Source of the DNA: Bacteriovoracaceae bacterium
GTDB taxonomy: Bacteria; Bdellovibrionota; Bacteriovoracia; Bacteriovoracales; Bacteriovoracaceae
DNA: 64,000 nucleotides
Direction of reading: 5' to 3'
Assembly (NCBI GenBank): GCA_048270185.1
Contig: JBLWTJ010000004.1
Coordinates: 64,001-128,000 of the forward strand
A program made the position numbers and the translations under genes. The notes under the pieces are model-generated. The model saw nothing but the letters and a program-made list of their open reading frames with translations, had not been told where the DNA came from and searched no databases. Below are positions 9,877 through 19,150 of this stretch, in pieces (the stretch's first letter is position 1; every line of letters begins with the position of its first letter).

Positions 9877-11187
9877 TTACATAGTTATATCTATTAGCTT
9901 CTCTAGTTGTAAAGAACGAGAAGCTTTTAAAAAAATATAATCGTACGATTTTAATACTTTTAACCATTCATCCCTAAAATCTTCAAGATTTTCAAAAGAT
10001 TGAGCTGCACCACGAAATGAATTTTCATAGAATTGCCTAAAGCGGCCTAAGAAAATGGCATGATTTGCACCTGCTAAGTTCAAGTCCTCAGCAATGGCCT
10101 CATGATGAAATTGAGTCTTATCTCCAAGCTCATTCATATCCCCAATAATATAAATAGCTTTTTTGCCTTCAGGAATTTGTTTAGCAAATTCCTTAATGGC
10201 CAAGGACATAGATGTTGGATTGGCGTTGTAAGCATCAAGATATACTTGGACCTTATCAACATTAATCCACTGTGCCCTTTTATTTTCAGGTAGCCGTAGA
10301 TTCTTTAATTCATGAGCAAGACAAACACTAAAGATATTTTCGAGTATGAATGCAGCTGCTTGAACGTTCCATCGATTATAGGACTCTCTAATAAAGTCAC
10401 TTTCAAAATCATAAACATTGGCCTTAGTAATCGCACATACTTTTTCTGACTCAGGGATTGTTTTTAATTTCTCGTCCTCGTCATTTCGATAGAATCGCTT
10501 TCCATTCTTCTCTATCCATCGATTGAGGGCCGATTTCTCTTCGAGAACACCATCTAGATCTTTTAGAAACTCAGTATGAGCGTGGCCAATATTTGTAATA
10601 TAACCATAATCAGGCTTTGCTATTTCACAAAGAGCTTCAATTTCACCAAAATGATTAGTTCCCATTTCAATAATCGCAAAACGATGATGATCTTTTATCG
10701 AGAAAATCGTAAGTGGAACTCCTATATGATTATTGAGATTACCTTGTGTACAAATAACTGCTTCATGAAGAAAAGACTTTGTTAAAGAAAAAAGCATCTC
10801 TTTTGTCGTAGTCTTGCCGTTTGATCCCGTAAGACCAAAAACAATTCCACCATTATCTTTCCACAGATCGATTCTAAGTTTTGCACTATCTTGAAGAAAT
10901 ACTAAACTATCTTCCACCATCAAAAAGCATGCGTCTTTATAAGTAGTCTTAAATGACTCTAACTTATTAATTCGATCATCACTAAAAGTCGTTATGATTG
11001 TCGTTGCACCATTCTTTAAAGCATCTTCTATAAAATCAAATGCATCAAATCGTTCACCTTTTAGTGCAACGAAAGTATTCTCATTATTCTTTAGACGTGA
11101 ATCAGTAGTTAGTAGAATTTCAGAATTAGAGAGTTCTCCAATTCTTTTCTTTATTCCACTAACTTTTTCAAGATCTATTACTTTCAT
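9877..11187 (-). CDS. murF: UDP-MurNAc-tripeptide--D-Ala-D-Ala ligase
   Basis: TDSR, TGSNGKTTTK, NNHIGVP, EMGTNH, DAYNANP, GDMNELG and KASR motifs. Confidence 0.96.
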   Translation of the reverse strand: MKVIDLEKVSGIKKRIGELSNSEILLTTDSRLKNNENTFVALKGERFDAFDFIEDALKNGATTIITTFSDDRINKLESFKTTYKDACFLMVEDSLVFLQDSAKLRIDLWKDNGGIVFGLTGSNGKTTTKEMLFSLTKSFLHEAVICTQGNLNNHIGVPLTIFSIKDHHRFAIIEMGTNHFGEIEALCEIAKPDYGYITNIGHAHTEFLKDLDGVLEEKSALNRWIEKNGKRFYRNDEDEKLKTIPESEKVCAITKANVYDFESDFIRESYNRWNVQAAAFILENIFSVCLAHELKNLRLPENKRAQWINVDKVQVYLDAYNANPTSMSLAIKEFAKQIPEGKKAIYIIGDMNELGDKTQFHHEAIAEDLNLAGANHAIFLGRFRQFYENSFRGAAQSFENLEDFRDEWLKVLKSYDYIFLKASRSLQLEKLIDITM

Positions 11188-12497
11188 AAATTACCAATGG
11201 CCTTTTGAACTTCTTCTATATCACTAAAGTGATGTTTTACACCTTTGATATCTTGATATTCTTCATGTCCTTTCCCTGCAATAATAACCACAGTTGGACT
11301 TTCATATTCTCTAACATATTTTGAAATGGCTTCACGACGATCAGTTATTACATCAACTTCATCAGTATTGCCTTTCAAAATATCTTCAATTATTTGTTTA
11401 GGATCCTCAAAGCGTGGATTATCACTTGTTACCACAACTTGATCACTATACTTTAGTGCTGCTTCAAGCATAAGTGGTCGTTTAATGCGATCACGATCTC
11501 CACCACAGCCAAAGAGAGTAATGATCGTATGATCTTTATAATGTTTTTTTGATTCGCCACAAATATTCACTATCGCATCTGGTGTGTGAGCATAGTCCAC
11601 AATAAAGAGGCTTTTATTTTTTCTAAAAAGATTAAAGCGTCCTTTCGGTAGTTCTAATTTAATCTTTCGCTTTAAATCTATACCACTTGCTTGATCACAA
11701 AGAGCAAAAGCAAGATCTAAATTATCTTGATTATAACTAAGAGAAAATTCCTCAGAATAAATATTATCGACATGATCAGCAATACTATATTCAATCTTGT
11801 CTTTAAAGAAGTTCACTTGTGTTGATGGAATAATAAAAGAAGTCTTGGCATAACTTGCAAGTTTAGCCTTGGCCTTAAAATAATCTTCCATCGTACCATG
11901 ATAATCTAGGTGATCTTGTGTGAGATTTGTCCAGCCGATAGAACTAAATTCGATATCTTTTACACGATTCTGTTCAAGAGCGTGACTACTCACTTCTAGG
12001 CAGAAGTAAGTAATATCGTTTAAAGTATAAATAATTCGTCTAAGATCCAAGTAAGATGGTGTTGTAGCAGAGAGACTTGGCATAATCTCTTGTTCGTTTT
12101 TTATAATACCAACAGTACCAATGCTACAGGCATTGTAACCATTCTCATTTAGGATTAACTGACACAAATGAGTTACAGAAGACTTACCATTAGTTCCTGT
12201 CACGCCAATAACTTTAACTTCACGATTAATAGGATAAAGTGCTTCAACTAATTGCTCTTGAAGAACATAAAATTCTTCTTCATTAACCACAAGTGTTTCT
12301 ATATCTGATACTTTACGATTTGTGATAACAAGACCTGCACTTCCTTTATTAAAACGTTCTTTAAAAAGTTCCAAGGCCTTATCATTATCTTGTAATCGAT
12401 AAAATGCAATATCACTCTTCGAGGCTTGATCGAGGTTTGTCGTAAGGTTTATGTAGTTGTTGATCGCAATATTGTATTTAGCGATTAGATTATTCAT
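11184..12497 (-). CDS. murE: UDP-MurNAc-dipeptide--meso-DAP ligase
   Basis: GVTGTNGKS, EVSSH, DHLDYH, DYAHTPD, GCGGDRD, DNPR (mDAP-type) and AGKGHE motifs. Confidence 0.96.
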   Translation of the reverse strand: MNNLIAKYNIAINNYINLTTNLDQASKSDIAFYRLQDNDKALELFKERFNKGSAGLVITNRKVSDIETLVVNEEEFYVLQEQLVEALYPINREVKVIGVTGTNGKSSVTHLCQLILNENGYNACSIGTVGIIKNEQEIMPSLSATTPSYLDLRRIIYTLNDITYFCLEVSSHALEQNRVKDIEFSSIGWTNLTQDHLDYHGTMEDYFKAKAKLASYAKTSFIIPSTQVNFFKDKIEYSIADHVDNIYSEEFSLSYNQDNLDLAFALCDQASGIDLKRKIKLELPKGRFNLFRKNKSLFIVDYAHTPDAIVNICGESKKHYKDHTIITLFGCGGDRDRIKRPLMLEAALKYSDQVVVTSDNPRFEDPKQIIEDILKGNTDEVDVITDRREAISKYVREYESPTVVIIAGKGHEEYQDIKGVKHHFSDIEEVQKAIGNL

Positions 12498-14412
12498 ATG
12501 TAGGAGGTGCGTACCTTAATTTAATAATAGTATTGTTACTATACTCTGTTCCAGCCTCTGGTAATTGTTCTTCAACAACTCCGACTCCACTGTGACTAAG
12601 ATCAATTCCGAGTTTTTCTGCTAACTTCATGGCTGATTTTTTATCAAGACCAACAAAGTTTGGCACCTGTCCATGGCCTGTGAAACGTTTTGCTGAATGA
12701 ACACGTTTTACAGAATCAAACGCCATATCATTCTTATAAGATTCGTTATCGGCCAGTCCTTCAAATTCCTTATTTTTGTACAGTAGATATTCCGTTACTT
12801 TTTTAAATACTGGACCGGCGACAGAGTTTCCATAATAAGATTCTCCCGGAGCTGGTTTATCAACATAGGCATAGACTACAAATTTCTTTTTAACGCCAAC
12901 AGGAAATCCTAGAAATCCAGGAATATAGCCCGTGTAACGTCCACTCTTATCTGATCTTTGTGCAGTTGATGTTTTTGCGGCAATTTTAAAATAAGGAATT
13001 TTTCCTTTTCTAGCAGTACCGTCTTCAACCGTTTTAATCATCATATCAGTTAAAGATTTTGCTACATCTTCGGGAATAACTCTCTTTGATTTAACTTTAT
13101 TTATGTCATCCACTTTTAGGATTGTCGGTTGAACATAGACTCCATTATTTGCAATGGCCGCATAAGAAGCGAGCATCTGTATTCCTGTTGTTGCAACACC
13201 TTGTCCAAAACTAATATTACTCAAAGATAGAGGTGATACATTCTTATCGTCAGTAAAAATACCTCGAGATTCTGCAGGAAGTTCAATTCCCGTCTTTTCA
13301 CCGATATGAAATTCAGTAAGGGTCTTCTTAAGTTTTGGAAATGTCAGATCAAAAGCGATTTTCGTTGTCCCGATATTTGAAGAGTGCATAAGGATCTCTT
13401 CAACTGAAAGCCATTCAAACTTTTTACGAGATTCTGCTTCCTTAATAATATGATCCTCTACTTTTAGTCGACCTTGTTCACAATAGTAATTTGTATCAGG
13501 ACGAACAACTTTATTCTCAAGCGCAGAAGCCACTGTTAAAACTTTCATTGTTGAGCCAGGCTCAAAAGGGTCACTAATAAAGGCTAACTTTCTATTTTTA
13601 CTTTTTGAGTCTGAAACATCGTTAGGATCAAATGTTGGATAATTGGCCATTGCAATGATCTCACCTGTTTGAGCATCCATGACACCAACACCACCGCGCT
13701 TTGCAGATACTTTCTCGACAGCTTCTTTAATAGCCTTCTCTGCTACGGCCTGAACTTCTTTATCAATTGATAGATAAATATCATTTGCTCTCTCAGTTGG
13801 AATATTCTGACTAACGTAACGAACAGGGCGGCCCTTGTTATCCTTAAAGTACTTAATGATTTGAGGCTCTCCCCTTAAATCTTTGTCAAAGCGATGTTCA
13901 ATTCCAGCTAATCCATTATTATCTAGGCCAACAAACCCAAGCGTCTGTGCTGCAAGTTCGTGGTTTGGATAGATTCTCTTTGGAATTTCTTCAATATAAA
14001 TACCTTGCAGGGCCTTTATCTTTAAAACTTGATCTTCATTTAATTTTGCTTTTCTTGTAATCCAAGTAAAACGATTTCTTTTTAAAGCTTTTTTTGCGAT
14101 ACCATCAAGATCCATCTCAGGGATAATGGCCTTAAGTTTCTCATAAACTTTCTTATCGTTGATATTCTTTGGGATTGTGAAGATTGAGTAAGTTCTAATA
14201 TTTATCGCTAGGGGATTTCCATTGCGATCATAAATATGCCCACGTCTTGGAAAGACTTTTCTTTCACGAAAGAACTGTTTCTTAGATTGTGACAATAAGT
14301 GACCACGATCAACTACTTGTATTCGAAAGGCCTTAACAACAATTGCCAAGAATGCGACAGCGAATACTGCATAGACTAATTTTAATCGTTGATTTAACTT
14401 ATTATCATTCAC
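12490..14412 (-). CDS. ftsI: Class B penicillin-binding protein FtsI/PBP3 with C-terminal PASTA domain
   Basis: RRGHIYDRNG, EPGSTMK (SxxK), SSN, KTST; PASTA-like VPNFVGL...QLPEAG. Confidence 0.94.
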   Translation of the reverse strand: MNDNKLNQRLKLVYAVFAVAFLAIVVKAFRIQVVDRGHLLSQSKKQFFRERKVFPRRGHIYDRNGNPLAINIRTYSIFTIPKNINDKKVYEKLKAIIPEMDLDGIAKKALKRNRFTWITRKAKLNEDQVLKIKALQGIYIEEIPKRIYPNHELAAQTLGFVGLDNNGLAGIEHRFDKDLRGEPQIIKYFKDNKGRPVRYVSQNIPTERANDIYLSIDKEVQAVAEKAIKEAVEKVSAKRGGVGVMDAQTGEIIAMANYPTFDPNDVSDSKSKNRKLAFISDPFEPGSTMKVLTVASALENKVVRPDTNYYCEQGRLKVEDHIIKEAESRKKFEWLSVEEILMHSSNIGTTKIAFDLTFPKLKKTLTEFHIGEKTGIELPAESRGIFTDDKNVSPLSLSNISFGQGVATTGIQMLASYAAIANNGVYVQPTILKVDDINKVKSKRVIPEDVAKSLTDMMIKTVEDGTARKGKIPYFKIAAKTSTAQRSDKSGRYTGYIPGFLGFPVGVKKKFVVYAYVDKPAPGESYYGNSVAGPVFKKVTEYLLYKNKEFEGLADNESYKNDMAFDSVKRVHSAKRFTGHGQVPNFVGLDKKSAMKLAEKLGIDLSHSGVGVVEEQLPEAGTEYSNNTIIKLRYAPPTYE

Positions 14413-14417
14413 AATTT

Positions 14418-14765
14418 TTACTTCTTAGTCGGTACGACAATAATTTGATGTTGCTTTGGTTGAGCAAGGTTATAAGTACGGGCCATCTTTCTAAGATTTG
14501 AAACAGATAGTAGTCTCGCCTTCTTTGCCTTTAGCTCTTTCCCCTCAACTCTAATTTTTTCAACATCTTTTTTTACATTAGCAATTTCATAATTAAGCTC
14601 AATTCCTTTCATTCTAAATAAAACAAAGAGAACTGTAATTACAACTAAACTAAGCACGATTGGAAGTCCTTGAGAACTGAGAACAATTCCCTTTAATTTA
14701 TTTCCAATACCTTCTTTCTTTGTTGTACTTGTTTTTGATCGACTCATCCTTGAGGCCATTTGCAA
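14418..14765 (-). CDS. ftsL: Cell division protein FtsL
   Basis: Small basic-N/TM/coiled-coil protein between rsmH and ftsI. Confidence 0.75.
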   Translation of the reverse strand: MQMASRMSRSKTSTTKKEGIGNKLKGIVLSSQGLPIVLSLVVITVLFVLFRMKGIELNYEIANVKKDVEKIRVEGKELKAKKARLLSVSNLRKMARTYNLAQPKQHQIIVVPTKK

Positions 14766-14769
14766 TCTC

Positions 14770-15774
14770 CTATTGCTTATCTTTTTTAGAATACTTCTCG
14801 TACTTATTCTTTGATTTCTTACTCTCTACACGTTTCAAAATTCTTAATTTTGCTGAACGTGAACGAGAGTTTTCAGAAATCTCTTCATCACTTGGAATTA
14901 TTGGCTTTTTGACTTCATTTTCAAAGAGCATTTCACCAAGTCCATTCTTTTCATAATCTTTAAAAAGCTTCTTCACTATTCTATCTTCAAGTGAATGAAA
15001 ACTTATAATTAATATTCTACCATTAATCTTCAATAATGGTAGAACCTGACCAATAACATCGGCTACTACATCAAGTTCACGGTTAACTTCAATTCGTAGC
15101 GCCTGAAAACATTTTGTGGCCGGATGAATTCGGCCAAATTGTAATTTCTTTGGGTAGCAATTCTTAATTAAGTCGGCCAATTGAAAAGTCGTTTCTATAG
15201 GACCATCTTTTGCGCGAGTTAAAATAATTTGCTCCGCGATGCGCCAAGCATATTTTTCTTCACCATAATCTCGAAAAAGATCGGCAAGCTCTTGCTGTGA
15301 ATAACTATTAACTATGTCCTTGGCCGTTTTAATTTCATCATTGTCATAATCCATCCTCATATCAAGAGGGGCATCCACACGAAAAGAGAAGCCTCGAGAG
15401 CCTTCATCAAAATGATGAGATGAAACCCCAAGATCGAGTAGAACACCATTAAGGCCGCCATTGTCTTCCAAGAGATTAGCGTGTTTAACGGCGACAATAT
15501 CGTTGAAAAAGCAAAAGTTTGAATCGTTCAAGAAAAGACGATCCTTAACTCCCTTCTCCTCTATTAGCTTATGACCATTCTTCAAAGCATCTGGGTCTTG
15601 GTCAAAGGAGATAAGCCTAGCTTTTTGATCTCGTTCGACTATGGCCAGAGAATGTCCTCCTGCACCAAAAGTGCAATCAGCAAAGAGTAATTGTTCTTCT
15701 GACTCCATATCTAAATAAAGGTAGTCGAGACATTCCTTCTTCAATACTGAATAATGTTCCTTATATTCTTCCAC
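14770..15774 (-). CDS. rsmH: 16S rRNA m4C1402 methyltransferase
   Basis: DCTFGAGGHS, DLGVSS, PLDMRM, FQALRIEVN, SFHSLEDR and RSRSAKLR motifs; GTG start. Confidence 0.97.
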   Translation of the reverse strand: MEEYKEHYSVLKKECLDYLYLDMESEEQLLFADCTFGAGGHSLAIVERDQKARLISFDQDPDALKNGHKLIEEKGVKDRLFLNDSNFCFFNDIVAVKHANLLEDNGGLNGVLLDLGVSSHHFDEGSRGFSFRVDAPLDMRMDYDNDEIKTAKDIVNSYSQQELADLFRDYGEEKYAWRIAEQIILTRAKDGPIETTFQLADLIKNCYPKKLQFGRIHPATKCFQALRIEVNRELDVVADVIGQVLPLLKINGRILIISFHSLEDRIVKKLFKDYEKNGLGEMLFENEVKKPIIPSDEEISENSRSRSAKLRILKRVESKKSKNKYEKYSKKDKQ

Positions 15775-15901
15775 AAAAACCTAAGCTGCTAATTTTCTAC
15801 TCACTAAAAGTGAACTTACTTTTAATATCTTTCATTTGTTTGACTTGTAGCCTTAGTCAATGCCAAAATTTTACATCTAGCGCAAGGAATTTAAAAGCAG
15901 A

Positions 15902-17128
15902 ATGAGAGATACAGATTTAATTTTAAATAAATTCATCGAGTCTGGGGTCCTTAATATTAAAGGACGTATTAACGCCTATTATGCCAGAAAGAATTATTCT
16001 AAAAATTTCTTAAATTCAGCAAAGGAATTAACTCGCCTCGATATATCTTCAAAAATTAAAAGTGCTAAAAAAAATCTATCTCCTAATGATGCAGCAAAGC
16101 TTATGAGAAATCTCGTAACTTCAAGTGCATGGATTAGCTTTTCAACTGCACGCTATATCCACTCTCTTACTAACTTTAAAAGTTTTGAAAATAAATTTGA
16201 TTTCGACAAAGTTAATTATCGTTTCTTTAACGATATCAAAAATCGCAAAGAAATTGATCTAAGTGACGAAGAGATATTTAAGATTATTTACAATGAAGTA
16301 GAGTATGCAAAATACCACCCAAATTATATTCCAAATCTAGAAAAACCAACAACGAAGGCTACCATAGTTCTCATCCCAGGTGTGTTTAATGAACTTTTTT
16401 CAACACCTTCATTTGAGCGAGCCTGTCACTTTTTAAAAGAACAGTATGGTATAAAGTACTTCACACCAAGTATTAACGGTTTTAATGATTGCAACAAAAA
16501 TGCAGAATCTTTAAAGAATCAAATAAATGCATATCTTGAAGATCATCAAAATGAGAAACTTTGGTTAGTAGCTTTTTCAAAAGGTGGCCTTGACTCTCTT
16601 CACTATTTAAAAGATTACTCAGAGGAACAAGATAATATCTTAGGACTTTCCACAATCGCCTCTCCTATACTCGGATCGGATACTTTCAATAAGAAGCTTA
16701 TAAAGACACTAAACCTTATTCATAATTTTTCTGATTCAAAGCTTTATCAATTAATCGATAAGAAGAAAGATATCCTTGCTAAAGAAATGCAAAAATCTCT
16801 TTCTTCAACTTACCGAAGACCTTGGATGAGAAATCATCACGAGCAGTTAAATCCAAATCTCTTCTATACTTCAATTGGCTTTTCTTCAAAGTGGTATGAA
16901 AGTCATCTATGGATGATGCTCATGAAATTAATTATTCGCAGTAAAAATGAAAACGACGGTGTCGTCGATACTGAGAATTCTTTATTTCCATATTATTTTG
17001 AAAAAGGAATTAAATTGGGAATACTTGATGGCCACCATCTAATAGGAAGAAGATCTTCTTTCTATTGTCAGGAGGCCCTGATTGAAGCACATATACACTT
17101 CTTAAAATATAAGGGGCTACTCTTTTAA
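15902..17128 (+). CDS. Lipase-like alpha/beta hydrolase with an unassigned N-terminal region
   Basis: VLIPG oxyanion region, AFSKGG nucleophile elbow, NDGVV, terminal GHH. Confidence 0.7.
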   Translation: MRDTDLILNKFIESGVLNIKGRINAYYARKNYSKNFLNSAKELTRLDISSKIKSAKKNLSPNDAAKLMRNLVTSSAWISFSTARYIHSLTNFKSFENKFDFDKVNYRFFNDIKNRKEIDLSDEEIFKIIYNEVEYAKYHPNYIPNLEKPTTKATIVLIPGVFNELFSTPSFERACHFLKEQYGIKYFTPSINGFNDCNKNAESLKNQINAYLEDHQNEKLWLVAFSKGGLDSLHYLKDYSEEQDNILGLSTIASPILGSDTFNKKLIKTLNLIHNFSDSKLYQLIDKKKDILAKEMQKSLSSTYRRPWMRNHHEQLNPNLFYTSIGFSSKWYESHLWMMLMKLIIRSKNENDGVVDTENSLFPYYFEKGIKLGILDGHHLIGRRSSFYCQEALIEAHIHFLKYKGLLF

Positions 17129-17710
17129 GCCACCCTTGAGGTTCATTAAAACCAGTTTAGACATTGTCTTTAAAGTTTCAAATACTCCAACACCATTAAC
17201 TGCAACAGCATCATAGGCCGGTCTCTCATCAGCATTTAAAGTCTGATTCATATCTTCAACAGGAGTTACGTTCGGTAGATCTCTCTTATTCCATTGAAAA
17301 ACAATTGGAATATTATCAATATCATAACCTTGCTCTGTTAAGTTCGCTTCTAAACTTTTTAATGACTCAATATTAGCTTCCATTCTCTCAAGTTGTGAGT
17401 CAGCAACAAAGACAACACCATCAACTCCACGAAGAATTAACTTGCGAGACGATTCATAAAAGACCTGTCCAGGTACTGTATAAAGGTGAAAGCGAGTCTT
17501 AAAGCCACGAATCTCACCAAGGTCTAGTGGAAGGAAATCAAAAAAGATTGTTCTTTCATTTTCTGAATCAAGTGAGACCATCTCACCTTTATTACCACCA
17601 GCAGTTTTCTTATAAATATATTGAATATTAGTTGTCTTACCACCAAGCCCTGGTCCGTAATAGACAATCTTACAATTAATTTCCTTTGTATTATAATTTA
17701 CAAAAGACAT
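17117..17710 (-). CDS. mglA: Small Ras-like GTPase MglA
   Basis: From ATG 17710: [48 protein letters not shown]. Confidence 0.95.
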   Translation of the reverse strand: MSFVNYNTKEINCKIVYYGPGLGGKTTNIQYIYKKTAGGNKGEMVSLDSENERTIFFDFLPLDLGEIRGFKTRFHLYTVPGQVFYESSRKLILRGVDGVVFVADSQLERMEANIESLKSLEANLTEQGYDIDNIPIVFQWNKRDLPNVTPVEDMNQTLNADERPAYDAVAVNGVGVFETLKTMSKLVLMNLKGGLKE

Positions 17711-17720
17711 AGTGCCCCCA

Positions 17721-18212
17721 TTATCCCATAACACCTGCAAAGAGGTCTTCAACTTCATTGTCACTAATATCATCAAATAAGAATACATCATCAGTTTGAA
17801 TGTCTTGTGACAAGTGAGCTTCAATAAATTCAACAAGCTTTGACTCAATTAAGCGTACACGCCCTTTAAGCTTTGCTGGATTGTCGACTCCAAAATAAAT
17901 TAGGCTTAAATAAATATCTTCAAAGTTTCCAGAAAGTTTCGTTATATAGATACCTTTAGATGAAGTCGTATAATTAAATCTAAAATCATCTTCTGTTTCT
18001 TCAGGAATAAACTGAGAAAGTACGCTACTTGCTTGCCATACGCCAGCGATCAGTGCACCTGCAGTATCACTATCAAAATCTGTTTGAATACTTTTAAAAG
18101 AATAAAGTGGAATACCATCTTGGCGACAAACAATAAGACCACTATTAACTAGTGAGTCCAGCCCGCTATATTCTTTAAAAAACTCCTGAATAACGACTTC
18201 AATGTTATCCAT
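17721..18212 (-). CDS. mglB: Diverged MglB-like roadblock/LC7 protein
   Basis: Immediately upstream of mglA; 163 aa; [11 protein letters not shown] strand; acidic tail [13 protein letters not shown]. Confidence 0.7.
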   Translation of the reverse strand: MDNIEVVIQEFFKEYSGLDSLVNSGLIVCRQDGIPLYSFKSIQTDFDSDTAGALIAGVWQASSVLSQFIPEETEDDFRFNYTTSSKGIYITKLSGNFEDIYLSLIYFGVDNPAKLKGRVRLIESKLVEFIEAHLSQDIQTDDVFLFDDISDNEVEDLFAGVMG

Positions 18213-18221
18213 AAACCTTCC

Positions 18222-18815
18222 TTACATTTTGGTTTTATTTTCTAATGCTTTAGATATCGTCATGGTATCTAAGTAATCTAAGTTTCCACCCATAGGAATA
18301 CCAAACCCAATGCGATCCACACTGACATTATCAGGTAGAACGGATTTTATATAACTACAAGTGGCATCACCTTCAACTGAAGGTCCTATGGCCAAGACTA
18401 TAGAAGTGACACCTAATTCAACAACTCTCTTCTTAAGTTTATCGATATTAAGTTCTGCAGGCCCTATTCCTAGAAGGGGATTCAAAACACCTCCTAGAAC
18501 ATGGTATAGCCCACGGTACTGCCCACTTCTTTCAATGGCCATATAATCCGTAATACTCTCAACAACACAAATTTCAGTTGAGCTTTTACGGTGAACATCA
18601 CTACAAACATCACAAATTGTCTCATCTGCAAAAACACCACACTGCTGACACTTCTTTAAGCTTGCAAGTTCAGTTAATGCACTAGCGAATACAGCAAGTT
18701 CATCCCCCGTCCATTTGGCCAGGCTTAGAACATGTCTTAGAGCACTCTTTTCTCCAATTCCAGGAACCTTAGAGAATGCATCGACAAGGTTTGTAATACG
18801 TTCAGGTAGCTTCAT
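18222..18815 (-). CDS. recR: Recombination protein RecR
   Basis: PGIGEKSA HhH, CQQC..CDVC, YHVLGG, EGDAT and GIPMGG motifs. Confidence 0.96.
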   Translation of the reverse strand: MKLPERITNLVDAFSKVPGIGEKSALRHVLSLAKWTGDELAVFASALTELASLKKCQQCGVFADETICDVCSDVHRKSSTEICVVESITDYMAIERSGQYRGLYHVLGGVLNPLLGIGPAELNIDKLKKRVVELGVTSIVLAIGPSVEGDATCSYIKSVLPDNVSVDRIGFGIPMGGNLDYLDTMTISKALENKTKM

Positions 18816-18824
18816 TTATTAACC

Positions 18825-19139
18825 TTAGAAAAGTCCTGGGATATTTAGTCCACCAGTAACTTTACTCATGGCATTTGAAACCATATCTTGTGATTCTTTA
18901 ATTGCTTGATTAACTGCCGTAAGAACCAGGTCCTCAAGAGTTTCAACATCACTTGGATCTACTGCTTCTTTATCTATTTTAATTGATATTATTTCTTGCT
19001 TACCAGTGATTAGAATTTTAATTGCACCACCACCCGAAGAAACCTCAAGTTCACGCTTTTCAAGCTCTTTTTGTAGTGTACTGATTTTTTGTTGCATTTG
19101 TTGAGCTTGCTTCATTAGCCCTTGCATACCTTTTGCCAT
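18825..19139 (-). CDS. ybaB: YbaB/EbfC nucleoid-associated protein
   Basis: MKQAQQMQ, SGGGAI, LEDLVLTAVN, GLNIPGLF; between dnaX and recR. Confidence 0.95.
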   Translation of the reverse strand: MAKGMQGLMKQAQQMQQKISTLQKELEKRELEVSSGGGAIKILITGKQEIISIKIDKEAVDPSDVETLEDLVLTAVNQAIKESQDMVSNAMSKVTGGLNIPGLF

Positions 19140-19150
19140 TTTATACTCCG

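Noticed and set aside
17711..17848. 46-aa N-terminal extension of MglA in the ORF track
   Set aside because: Overlaps mglB; the ATG at 17710 has a GGGG SD-like motif and gives the canonical MSFVNY start.
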